Program-made: the position numbers and the translations under genes | Notes under the pieces: model-generated | The model's input: only the letters and a program-made list of their open reading frames with translations | Database searches by the model: none | What the model was told of the DNA's origin: nothing | Shown: piece after piece, positions 8,001 through 14,441 of the stretch | Position numbering within the stretch: the stretch's first letter is position 1 | Layout of the letters: every line of letters begins with the position of its first letter | NCBI GenBank assembly: GCA_964447725.1 | Contig: CAYUUB010000002.1 | Location: 1 to 33,175 of the forward strand | DNA from: an uncultured Oscillospiraceae bacterium | GTDB taxonomy: Bacteria > Bacillota > Clostridia > Christensenellales > CAG-138 | Reading direction: 5' to 3' | Length of the DNA stretch: 33,175 nucleotides

Positions 8001-8538
8001 TGAGCCAGGGAATCTTGTCCGGATAAACTTTCTGGAGTTTTTCCCAGGCATCCTTTGTCGGGACGATATGCACCGTGGGCGACGACATGGCGATCGGATG
8101 TTGACCATCGACGTCTTCGATGTAATAGATATCCATGCTGTTCCATCTGTCCGCCTTCGGTCTGGTCTTGTACGCCGCGCTGATGTACGGGTTGACCGCC
8201 TCTTTCGTAAAGTCGATTGTTTCCCTACGGACTTTTACATCGTAGGCGTCGGCAAGCAGTAAAACGGCGAGCATGGCGCGCCATTCCCGGACGACGATTT
8301 CTTCATATTCTATGTAACTATTGTCCTGATCGGCGTTCGTAAGCAACATATCAAAGAGCTGATGCTGGCTCCAGATGTCCGGCACAGAGGCGATGCGCCT
8401 CAGATCATGCTGTTTGATTCTGTCCTTATCTTTCGGGTCGACGATGCGGATGGCCTTGCCGATCTCTTTTATTTCCTCTCTTTTCCCCGTCAGTTCGCTG
8501 CTGGTCGGATGAAACGGAAACCAATGATAATACTCCAT
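5071..8538 (-). CDS. Giant (1155 aa) protein: roughly 450-aa N-terminal module of unknown fold, K/E-rich linker, C-terminal actin/Hsp70-like (ASKHA) ATPase core
   Basis: The ORF starts 3 nt after the upstream stop, with GGGAGGGA inside the last codons of the upstream gene. Phosphate-1-like AALDFGTSSTT is at aa 534-544 (nt 6907-6939). Phosphate-2-like CVIDIGGGSADI is at aa 800-811 (nt 6106-6141). Adenosine-like VILAGNGSKM is at aa 965-974 (nt 5617-5646). Their order and spacing match Hsp70/MreB/ParM/FtsA-type ATPases. The linker EPEHEDKKTAEKTSEASKKEEPGKDHQDGGK lies at about aa 458-488. Confidence 0.85.
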   Translation of the reverse strand: MEYYHWFPFHPTSSELTGKREEIKEIGKAIRIVDPKDKDRIKQHDLRRIASVPDIWSQHQLFDMLLTNADQDNSYIEYEEIVVREWRAMLAVLLLADAYDVKVRRETIDFTKEAVNPYISAAYKTRPKADRWNSMDIYYIEDVDGQHPIAMSSPTVHIVPTKDAWEKLQKVYPDKIPWLKGGKVHALVENVEAADLGAAKDAKPVYTPGMIKVAKDREIPAIWQIHALVLKRWLDAYDQKTSHNGLLKERLIQDYSYALNSAYKLETATTPNIDDVVKGHKNGELQIWRVPVPKTFKLFSDTVHYAIIEQGARYDRLTDIHKAAGGLGDECLKALERKEKYVHFFIPMPVTEMFWKLWDENAELEPKYEVKITPCGEDIKLSKIEATVTIGNIVFSRLYEKPAIEFATWYDFCTAGIWPRQRIDGWSKYFMFCVESSHYRLTPEDEEQIINRQGYQIEPEHEDKKTAEKTSEASKKEEPGKDHQDGGKTQLTYYMLKQMPERCKLYYNNALLGYVTTRKSALIGTANNPRIYEAALDFGTSSTTLFGRVRGETKETLISGLNFWSMPLLNPRIDSKTDTPYFVKYFVPAMPLTAKEIMETLSDRESDLPSYRDIPAKEELAKEIAKSVPLQSILADAAATNIARQPLFDSWIFYRAFLGRRKSFAQPKLYPNLKWCQSGDNNQKRVEAMLMQLLYMIALEAKCNNCSELSLTASYPLSFKRQAVDGYFTSLGAALNRVIQNTGLAIHRPDNAEDNIDQAMGSINAEDNTDQTVGSIIEITESEAAFRYAASAVTRQVTYCVIDIGGGSADIFIDAVNDGISHCYSSSIRFGARKILLEGLRDNNAAKLKILVNNAEDSIKEMYYDVDGFINDICKSQDGNGESSIEDLLGMKIPKDKNIDTQVHNEKTFGEAYAKYCAGKNPGENGAGALLELKKRVAFYLASIIFCAGLMLRDEKEISKDSASVILAGNGSKMIHWIHRDEESKTEFVYRLFLAGMHAAIAPEDFECEFSKDPKLEVASGSLKGRPAIFGDGKRSTSSQVRFGTAAGTDSAAEAATGNKTRNAAHEKVVEAGRKEFNELLEAYKTAASECFDWTFKQGEYSAGIFDKPGRHQYDREVLKGHIDDGDAFLIGAVDALSQYYLACTTAGSRGRAKT
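6212..6289 (-). repeat. Two tandem 39-bp units (36/39 identical), in frame, inside the ATPase gene
   Basis: Plus strand: ATGCTGCCCACCGTCTGGTCTGTATTGTCTTCTGCATTA at 6212-6250 and ATGCTGCCCATCGCCTGGTCTATATTGTCTTCTGCATTA at 6251-6289. They encode NAEDNIDQAMGSI / NAEDNTDQTVGSI at aa 751-776, between the connect region and the phosphate-2 motif. Confidence 0.9.
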
Positions 8539-8541
8539 CTT

Positions 8542-10143
8542 TTATCCCTCCCTGTTCGTTTCAACCGAGTCTTTGGAAACGCAACACTCCATCAGCGATG
8601 AAACGAAGTAATTTGCCGGATTGTGCTCGCCGATCTTCATGGAATTCATGGAAGCCGTAATTTCCGCTCCGGGAATGCCACAAAGCGTAAATGCAGCCGT
8701 CCCGTCGCTCGCCTGCCGCGAAATCGATTTTTCTATCGGCATTCCGTCGTTTCGCCCGCTGCCCTCGATCTCCAGCAATTCGTGCATCCCATGGTGGTCG
8801 AGCTCTTCCAGCCAGCGGAACATACTCGACGCAAAGGCCTTTGGAACGGCTACCCCGCGCTGGGTCTCTTCGTATATTTTTTTGAGGTCATCCGTCTTCC
8901 CCCAAACGGCCCGAAACGCTTCCGGCCTGTACCGCCAGGAAAGCTTCTCCTGCGATGCGATCGATTGATAATACACATTCAGCATCAGGTAAAACCGCTC
9001 CAGCCGCAGGATATAGTCTTTGACGCCCGTCTTGCTTTTGGCCTGCCCATAAGCGCCGAAATAATCGAAACTCTTCAGTGGGAAATATCCGTTTGACGGA
9101 ACGGTCCCATCCGTGTCTGTTCTTGTTTTGAGCGGGACCGACACTTCGATGTTTTTCGGATAGTCTCCCGCAAAATAGCGGCAAACGCCGATCGCAGCCA
9201 TCAATTCGGCAGGCATGGACGGATTGTCCTGTCCTTCCTTGGCCTTGCGTTTGCCGTCCGTTTCGACTTTCTCCCAGACGGAATCCCCTTCCTTATCCGT
9301 TTTCTTCTTTTGCATCTCCTGGCAAAAATCGCCGACAAACTGCGTATATTCGACCCCGTTCAGCGCGTCGGACTCCTTATAATACTTGAGCGCCATCTTG
9401 CTGTTGATCGGGAACAGCGAGCTGTCAACCTCCGTATCGAGATCGATGTTGAAATAAGGCAGCATAAGCGTCAGCCCGATGTGTTCGGCGTAATGGGTCA
9501 GATCCCCGTCTTCTTCTTTTTTGCAGGCTTCCTGATACAACCTTGCAAGCGTCGGCGTTCCGCTTGCTCCCGTTCCGCCGAATACAGAGCCGGCAAACAT
9601 TACCCTCAGTTCGTCGTTTCTTCCAACGCCGCTGAAAATGCTGTGCCAGAAGCCGCTTTCATTTCCCCAGTCGTCATGGAAGTTCTTCGCCCAGAGCAAC
9701 GAGCCGATCCTCGGATTGCCCTTACACCCGCGCTGCAGTTCCATAATCCGATCGTTCGTGTCGTACAGCGCATGGAACGTAAGTTTTTCCTCTTCCTCGG
9801 ACGATCCGGGCGTAACGATCAAGTCGAGCGTGCTATTGTCTTTCGTCCCAACGGAAAATTCGGCGAACCTGTCGACCTTCTTTGCTTTCCAGTTTCTTTT
9901 GCGCAGGCCGTCGTCAACCGCAACCGACAAAAACGGCATGGCCGCGTTCAGGCTCTTTATCATTTCCTCAAGCTCGTCCTTGTCGCCGCCTTTTACGATA
10001 TCCAGATCGACCATCCGGATTTCCAGCCGGTAATCGTCTCCGCAAAGGTCCGTCAGCATGCCGGACGCCGCCAGCGCGACGACCGATTGTGCCACACGCA
10101 TGCCGGACCCGCCGATTGCAACCAATACAAACTTTTTTGCCAT
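8542..10143 (-). CDS. Divergent tubulin/FtsZ-superfamily GTPase (Tubulin_2 / FtsZ-like type) with long C-terminal extension
   Basis: 533-aa ORF with GGGAGG 6 nt upstream of the ATG. T1-like VAIGGSGMR is at aa 8-16 (nt 10096-10122). T3-like GCKGNPRIG is at aa 139-147 (nt 9703-9729; compare FtsZ GAGGNPEIG). The T4 signature FGGTGASGTP includes GGTGASG at aa 189-195 (nt 9559-9579; compare GGGTGSG). Codons were checked by hand against the plus strand. I recognise no motif after about aa 330. Confidence 0.85.
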   Translation of the reverse strand: MAKKFVLVAIGGSGMRVAQSVVALAASGMLTDLCGDDYRLEIRMVDLDIVKGGDKDELEEMIKSLNAAMPFLSVAVDDGLRKRNWKAKKVDRFAEFSVGTKDNSTLDLIVTPGSSEEEEKLTFHALYDTNDRIMELQRGCKGNPRIGSLLWAKNFHDDWGNESGFWHSIFSGVGRNDELRVMFAGSVFGGTGASGTPTLARLYQEACKKEEDGDLTHYAEHIGLTLMLPYFNIDLDTEVDSSLFPINSKMALKYYKESDALNGVEYTQFVGDFCQEMQKKKTDKEGDSVWEKVETDGKRKAKEGQDNPSMPAELMAAIGVCRYFAGDYPKNIEVSVPLKTRTDTDGTVPSNGYFPLKSFDYFGAYGQAKSKTGVKDYILRLERFYLMLNVYYQSIASQEKLSWRYRPEAFRAVWGKTDDLKKIYEETQRGVAVPKAFASSMFRWLEELDHHGMHELLEIEGSGRNDGMPIEKSISRQASDGTAAFTLCGIPGAEITASMNSMKIGEHNPANYFVSSLMECCVSKDSVETNREG

Positions 10144-10167
10144 ATCCTGCCTCCCTCGTTACTCCCG

Positions 10168-10719
10168 TCAGTTTTTGATCGTTTTCAGTTTATCGTCCCA
10201 TTTTGCCACGATCCTGCTCCGCAGCGGTACGTTCGTCGCCGGGACATAGTGCATGCACAAGATCCAAATAATCGCACCGCATATTGCCAGCATGAGGTAC
10301 GGCAATCCCGCTCTGAATATGATCCAAAGACTTTCCGGAATATAGTTTCCAATCAGATTTTCGGACACAATTCCATATCGTGCGCCGGCCAATGCGCCGA
10401 TTCCAGCGCAAATCAGCAAGAAATTGCTCCAATTTTGCAAGGAAAGCCGCCCGTGCAGTTTTCGACCTGTATCGCCTTTCTTTTCGTTGACAATAAAAAA
10501 GATCAGGTTGGCGGCAAGCAATGCCATAATGCCGGCAAAATGCGCCCAGTATAGCGAGTTCTGATATGCCTGTGCAACTCGCTGCGAAGCATCGTCCAGA
10601 TAAAAAGCCACCAACACGGGCGTCTTTATCAAAAGCTGCGGAACCAGCGCAAGCAGAAGAGCCGCCGCCACCATTACCGTTATTCGAATTCCAATCCTTT
10701 TTTTTCTTAACGTATCCAT
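10168..10719 (-). CDS. Small polytopic membrane protein (about 4 TM helices), function unknown
   Basis: ORF track 10168..10734 starts at a TTG. I prefer the ATG at 10719 (MDTLRKKRIG...), which has GGGAGG 6 nt upstream. Hydrophobic helices lie at about aa 13-31, 57-77, 97-118 and 130-155 of the shorter form, followed by a basic amphipathic C-terminal tail (RSRIVAKWDDKLKTIKN). Confidence 0.75.
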   Translation of the reverse strand: MDTLRKKRIGIRITVMVAAALLLALVPQLLIKTPVLVAFYLDDASQRVAQAYQNSLYWAHFAGIMALLAANLIFFIVNEKKGDTGRKLHGRLSLQNWSNFLLICAGIGALAGARYGIVSENLIGNYIPESLWIIFRAGLPYLMLAICGAIIWILCMHYVPATNVPLRSRIVAKWDDKLKTIKN

Positions 10720-10753
10720 TGCCAGCCTCCCCAAAATTTATCTCGCCTGTACT

Positions 10754-12556
10754 TTACTGTTGTTCGCCTGTGGATTCCGGATGTTTCAGCGAGAGCGCAT
10801 CCTCGCGGCTGAACGCCCAGCCGTTAAAGTCCTCGTCTTCCTTCCAGTTGCCGGACGGCACGTATATTGCCGGGATATCGCGCACGACGATTCCAAACAC
10901 GGTCGTCTGCACACACGCGTACGTTCCTTCCTCGATTGCGTCCAGGGCAATCTGCGTCTGTTTGTCGGCAATGCCGCTTGCAATCAGGCTCGACAAAAAC
11001 GGCGTCTTTGCGGTTGTCGCCGACGTAAACCGTGCGGACGTACCGCTTTCTTCGCGGATGTACTCTTTGGTAAACTCCTTTAGGTTCAAAGTCCATGCGC
11101 TTGGCCAGCTTGTCTGATAAAGCGCCGCAATCTCATCCCACTGCGGGGATATCCACGTTCGGACGTCCACGGAAAACAGCAGAGGCACGTCTTCCGGGAG
11201 CATATCGGTATTGAGCGAAAAGATAATATCGACGCTTCCGGTTCTCGTATTGATTTGCTTGCTTTCGCACCGTATGATCGATTGATCCGCTTCGACCCAT
11301 TCGGATGTTTTCGTCGCCCCGTCCTTTTCTTCGTAGTTCAGCATCGAGACAACGGGTTCAACGGAATAGTCGGCGGCGGCAAACTCGATTTCATCGGCCG
11401 CGGCCAGCAGACCGTGTTTGTAATAGGCGGCCTCGCCTCCGTTGGACGAATCGGTCAGCGTGTACGGAAGCGTACACTTCACTTCCACGTTGTTTTCGTT
11501 TTCGCCGCGCACATCGGTATATATCTTTAAAACGGGGACGCTTTCCAAAAGCTCGATATCCTCTTCGGACAAATTTGTCGATGCGGGATACAAAATCTCG
11601 TCGTCATCGTTTGGAAGACCGCGAACTAGGTATCCGATATCGTAGTCCGCCGCGTCATACGCCTGGATTCCGGTATGGAACGATATCGAAATATCGTCGT
11701 TTTCACGCTGCCGCACACCGTATTCGGAATAGTAGGCGGCATACACCGGGTTGCTCTCGTCCAGCATCCCGCTGTTTTCAAGGTCGGACAGGGCTTTCTC
11801 CATGCTTTTTAGCACGCACGCGTCGTTTCCCATAAACAGAATGTATATAGGGTGGCGAAAGATCTCGTTTTCGTCTTTGTCCGCAACCATATAGGCGCTG
11901 ATGCTTCTTGCTTTGCCCGTCAGCGAATTAATCGGCAGATTGTCAACGGTTCCTGAAAAATCGCCCAGCACGCCGATGATGCCGACCGTCGTATCGTCCG
12001 GTTCCAAAAACGTTTTCTGTATCGTTTCAGCCGTACGCAGGCAGATATCTTCGGCCGGCATCATCAAATCCGAGATAAAAATGCAGACCGATCCGGGATT
12101 TTCGGAATAAAAATCGGCGATCCCGTCGACAACGTCGGCAATGCTGTTGCTGTCCTCCCGAAAAAACTCTTTCGTATGCGCCGAAAGGAAAAAATCGTCG
12201 CTCGCAGCAGCGCCACGACGTGCATCCCCGGCAATATCGCCGGCGGTATAGCAACTGCGCGCGCTGTTCATGGAAGCGCTCATGACCGCGGAGAGTACGG
12301 CGCTGTACGTTGTGCAGTATTCCGAAACGAACCCCTTCATTCCCTGACCGTCGTCGATCACGATGCAATAGCTCGTATCGCCGGACGTTCCGGCTTCGGT
12401 TTCCACCGCGTGCGGCTTCAGTTTTTCCAGCGCTGAAAGCAGCTGCCGCGTCGGATTCATGATTCCAGCCGGTTCCTCAGGTTCTGCAGCTCCGCATGCC
12501 GTCAATCCAAGCAAAAGCAGCAGGCAGCACGCAACACACAACACTCGTTTTTTCAT
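10754..12556 (-). CDS. Secreted lipoprotein (600 aa) with N-terminal degenerate vWA-like domain; function unknown
   Basis: ORF track 10754..12577. The preferred start is the ATG at 12556 (MKKRVLCVACCLLLLLGLTAC|GAAEP), with AAAGGGG upstream. The lipobox LTAC has its Cys at residue 21. The strand-like motifs are YCIVIDDGQGM (aa 63-73, DxGxG in place of MIDAS DxSxS), SVCIFISDLMMP and TVGIIGVLGDF. Their spacing resembles vWA beta1, beta4 and beta5. The remainder is acidic and beta-rich with no recognised motifs. Confidence 0.8.
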   Translation of the reverse strand: MKKRVLCVACCLLLLLGLTACGAAEPEEPAGIMNPTRQLLSALEKLKPHAVETEAGTSGDTSYCIVIDDGQGMKGFVSEYCTTYSAVLSAVMSASMNSARSCYTAGDIAGDARRGAAASDDFFLSAHTKEFFREDSNSIADVVDGIADFYSENPGSVCIFISDLMMPAEDICLRTAETIQKTFLEPDDTTVGIIGVLGDFSGTVDNLPINSLTGKARSISAYMVADKDENEIFRHPIYILFMGNDACVLKSMEKALSDLENSGMLDESNPVYAAYYSEYGVRQRENDDISISFHTGIQAYDAADYDIGYLVRGLPNDDDEILYPASTNLSEEDIELLESVPVLKIYTDVRGENENNVEVKCTLPYTLTDSSNGGEAAYYKHGLLAAADEIEFAAADYSVEPVVSMLNYEEKDGATKTSEWVEADQSIIRCESKQINTRTGSVDIIFSLNTDMLPEDVPLLFSVDVRTWISPQWDEIAALYQTSWPSAWTLNLKEFTKEYIREESGTSARFTSATTAKTPFLSSLIASGIADKQTQIALDAIEEGTYACVQTTVFGIVVRDIPAIYVPSGNWKEDEDFNGWAFSREDALSLKHPESTGEQQ

Positions 12557-12667
12557 GTTTCCCCTTTCGTTCCGCAAAGCAGGCGAAATACCCGCCGTAT
12601 TGCCGGTATGGCCGTATGATCGATCGAATTTCAGGATATGTTTGGCGAAAAGTATTAAATTTTATTT

Positions 12668-12676
12668 ATTTTATCA
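12668..12676 (-). promoter_or_regulatory. Candidate extended -10 (TGATAAAAT) for the five-gene operon
   Basis: The minus strand reads ...TTTACG-acagttgcccga-TGaTAAAAT..., within an AT-rich tract about 110 nt upstream of the lipoprotein ATG. The -35 is poor and 15 nt away, so only the extended -10 supports the call. Confidence 0.25.
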
Positions 12677-13081
12677 TCGGGCAACTGTCGTAAATTGGAG
12701 GAATCTGTATGAGTCTCGGTTGTTTTGGCTGATTCGGACGGCCTCTTCATGTAAGCGCCGTCCGGTCGCCGCTCTTTCGAATATATCGTCGCTTCGCGCA
12801 AATTTAGGGTTGCCGTGTTTTTCTGTTTTATAAAAAGCCGTCTTGTCTCCGACTCCTGAAATCCAGTTGCTATCGTCCGTTTTCATCCCGCTATGACGCA
12901 GGGAAGCCGGCACTCTTGCAGCATGCGTGACACTGCCCGGTTTCCACCCTCCGCCGAAGATTGCGCCCGCAAATCCGTTTCCGTATAACGATCCGGCTGC
13001 ATAAATGCATAATGTATGTATATGCTTGGCAGATATACAGAATTTCTTCGAATTTTCAAAAATTCTGCACATTTTATACAA
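12674..13081 (-). CDS. Orphan 135-aa ORF, possibly a gene remnant; no recognisable family
   Basis: The ORF-track protein looks protein-like in its second half (GNGFAGAIFGGGWKPGSVTH...WISGVGDKTAFYKTEKHGNPKFARSDDIFERAATGRRLHEE). It has no RBS before the first ATG. Its 5' end overlaps the AT-rich divergent promoter region of argG, and its stop overlaps the candidate -10 above. Confidence 0.25.
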   Translation of the reverse strand: MYKMCRIFENSKKFCISAKHIHTLCIYAAGSLYGNGFAGAIFGGGWKPGSVTHAARVPASLRHSGMKTDDSNWISGVGDKTAFYKTEKHGNPKFARSDDIFERAATGRRLHEEAVRISQNNRDSYRFLQFTTVAR

Positions 13082-13100
13082 TATATTTTAACATTTGCTA

Positions 13101-13129
13101 TTGACTATTTATTCTAAATTATTTAATAT
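13101..13129 (+). promoter_or_regulatory. Sigma-70-type promoter of the arg operon
   Basis: TTGACT (13101-13106), a 17-nt spacer, then TAATAT (13124-13129). It lies about 30 nt upstream of the argG RBS GGAGG (13149-13153). Confidence 0.55.
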
Positions 13130-13161
13130 ATATGCAATACATAAATTGGAGGCAGATTCCT

Positions 13162-14379
13162 ATGTCCGATATTAAAAAGATTGTTTTAGCATATTCGGGT
13201 GGGCTCGATACGTCTATCATCATCCCGTGGCTCAAGGAGAACTATCCCGGCTGCGAAATCGTCGCGGTCGCCGGGGACGTCGGCCAGGGAATCGACGAAC
13301 TGGACGGCCTGGAAGAAAAAGCGCTGAAGACCGGCGCTTCCAAACTCTATGTCGCGGACCTTACCGACGAATTCGCCGACGATTATATCGTCCCGACGAT
13401 GAAGGCCGGCGCCACCTACGAAGGGTATCTGCTCGGCACGTCGTTTGCGCGCCCCATCATCGCAAAGAAGCTTGTTGAGATCGCGCTCAAGGAAGGCGCG
13501 GACGCCATCGCACACGGCTGCACGGGCAAGGGCAACGACCAGGTGCGTTTCGAGCTGGCGGTCAAGCACTTTGCGCCGAGTATGAAGATCATCGCGCCCT
13601 GGAGGGAATGGACCATCCGCTCGCGCGACGAGGAGATCGACTATGCGGAAGCACACAACATTCCGCTCAAGATCAACCGCGAGACCAACTATTCCAAGGA
13701 TAAAAACCTCTGGCACCTTTCGCACGAGGGGCTCGACCTGGAGGACCCGGCGAACGAGCCGACGTATGAGAAACCCGGCTTCCTTGAAATGAGCGTCTCT
13801 CCGATGGACGCGCCGGACGAGCCGACGTACCTCACGATCGATTTCGAACAGGGTGTGCCCGTCAAGCTCGACGGCAAAGCCATGAGCGCCAAAGAGATCA
13901 TCCTCGCGCTGAACGCCGTCGGCGGCGCAAACGGCATCGGCCTGCTGGACATCGTGGAAAACCGGCTGGTCGGCATCAAGAGCCGCGGCGTTTACGAGAC
14001 GCCGGGCGGCACGATCCTCTACAAAGCGCACGATGCGCTCGAGACCATCACGCTCGACAAGACGACGCTGCACAAGAAGCAGGAACTTGCCATCACCTAT
14101 GCCGAGCTCGTCTACAACGGCCAGTGGTTCAGCCCGCTGCGGGAAGCGCTTGCAGCGTTCGTCGACAAAACGCAGGAAAACGTGACGGGCACGGTCAAGC
14201 TCAAGCTCTATAAGGGCAACGTCATCAAGGCCGGGATCGAAAGCCCCTACAGCCTGTATTCCGAAGCGATCGCCACGTTCGGCGAAAGCGACTATAATCA
14301 GAAGGACGCGGAAGGCTTCATCAACCTTTACGGTCTGCCGACACAGGTTCAGGCCATGATGAACGCAAAGAAAAAGTAA
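13162..14379 (+). CDS. argG: Argininosuccinate synthase
   Basis: [21 protein letters not shown]-binding motif. The ORF track starts at 13132, but the ATG at 13162 has GGAGG 8 nt upstream and matches the usual ArgG N-terminus. Confidence 0.97.
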   Translation: MSDIKKIVLAYSGGLDTSIIIPWLKENYPGCEIVAVAGDVGQGIDELDGLEEKALKTGASKLYVADLTDEFADDYIVPTMKAGATYEGYLLGTSFARPIIAKKLVEIALKEGADAIAHGCTGKGNDQVRFELAVKHFAPSMKIIAPWREWTIRSRDEEIDYAEAHNIPLKINRETNYSKDKNLWHLSHEGLDLEDPANEPTYEKPGFLEMSVSPMDAPDEPTYLTIDFEQGVPVKLDGKAMSAKEIILALNAVGGANGIGLLDIVENRLVGIKSRGVYETPGGTILYKAHDALETITLDKTTLHKKQELAITYAELVYNGQWFSPLREALAAFVDKTQENVTGTVKLKLYKGNVIKAGIESPYSLYSEAIATFGESDYNQKDAEGFINLYGLPTQVQAMMNAKKK

Positions 14380-14441
14380 CGGTTCGCCGGCTCGCTGCGG
14401 CGGGCCGGAACGGAAACCTGGAAAAAAAGGAAGACGAAGGA

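Noticed and set aside
5071-10143. Housekeeping ftsA-ftsZ pair, or a TubZ/TubR (or PhuZ) type DNA-segregation module
   Set aside because: There are no dcw-cluster neighbours. The gene order is reversed, the motifs are degenerate and the sizes are wrong for FtsA/FtsZ. No small DNA-binding adaptor gene (TubR-like), centromere-like iterons, replication genes or phage genes are present. The partners are envelope proteins instead.
9310-10554. 414-aa plus-strand ORF antisense to the tubulin-like and 4-TM genes
   Set aside because: It spans two minus-strand genes and their junction. It has low-complexity R/F/P-rich composition and no RBS. The minus-strand products carry recognisable motifs and proper RBSs.
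3575-12577. Assigning the five-gene operon to anti-phage defence or a toxin system
   Set aside because: I can read no nuclease, NADase/TIR, protease, pore-forming toxin, methylase or helicase motifs. There are no neighbouring defence genes or mobile elements. Defence remains possible, but nothing visible in the sequence supports it.
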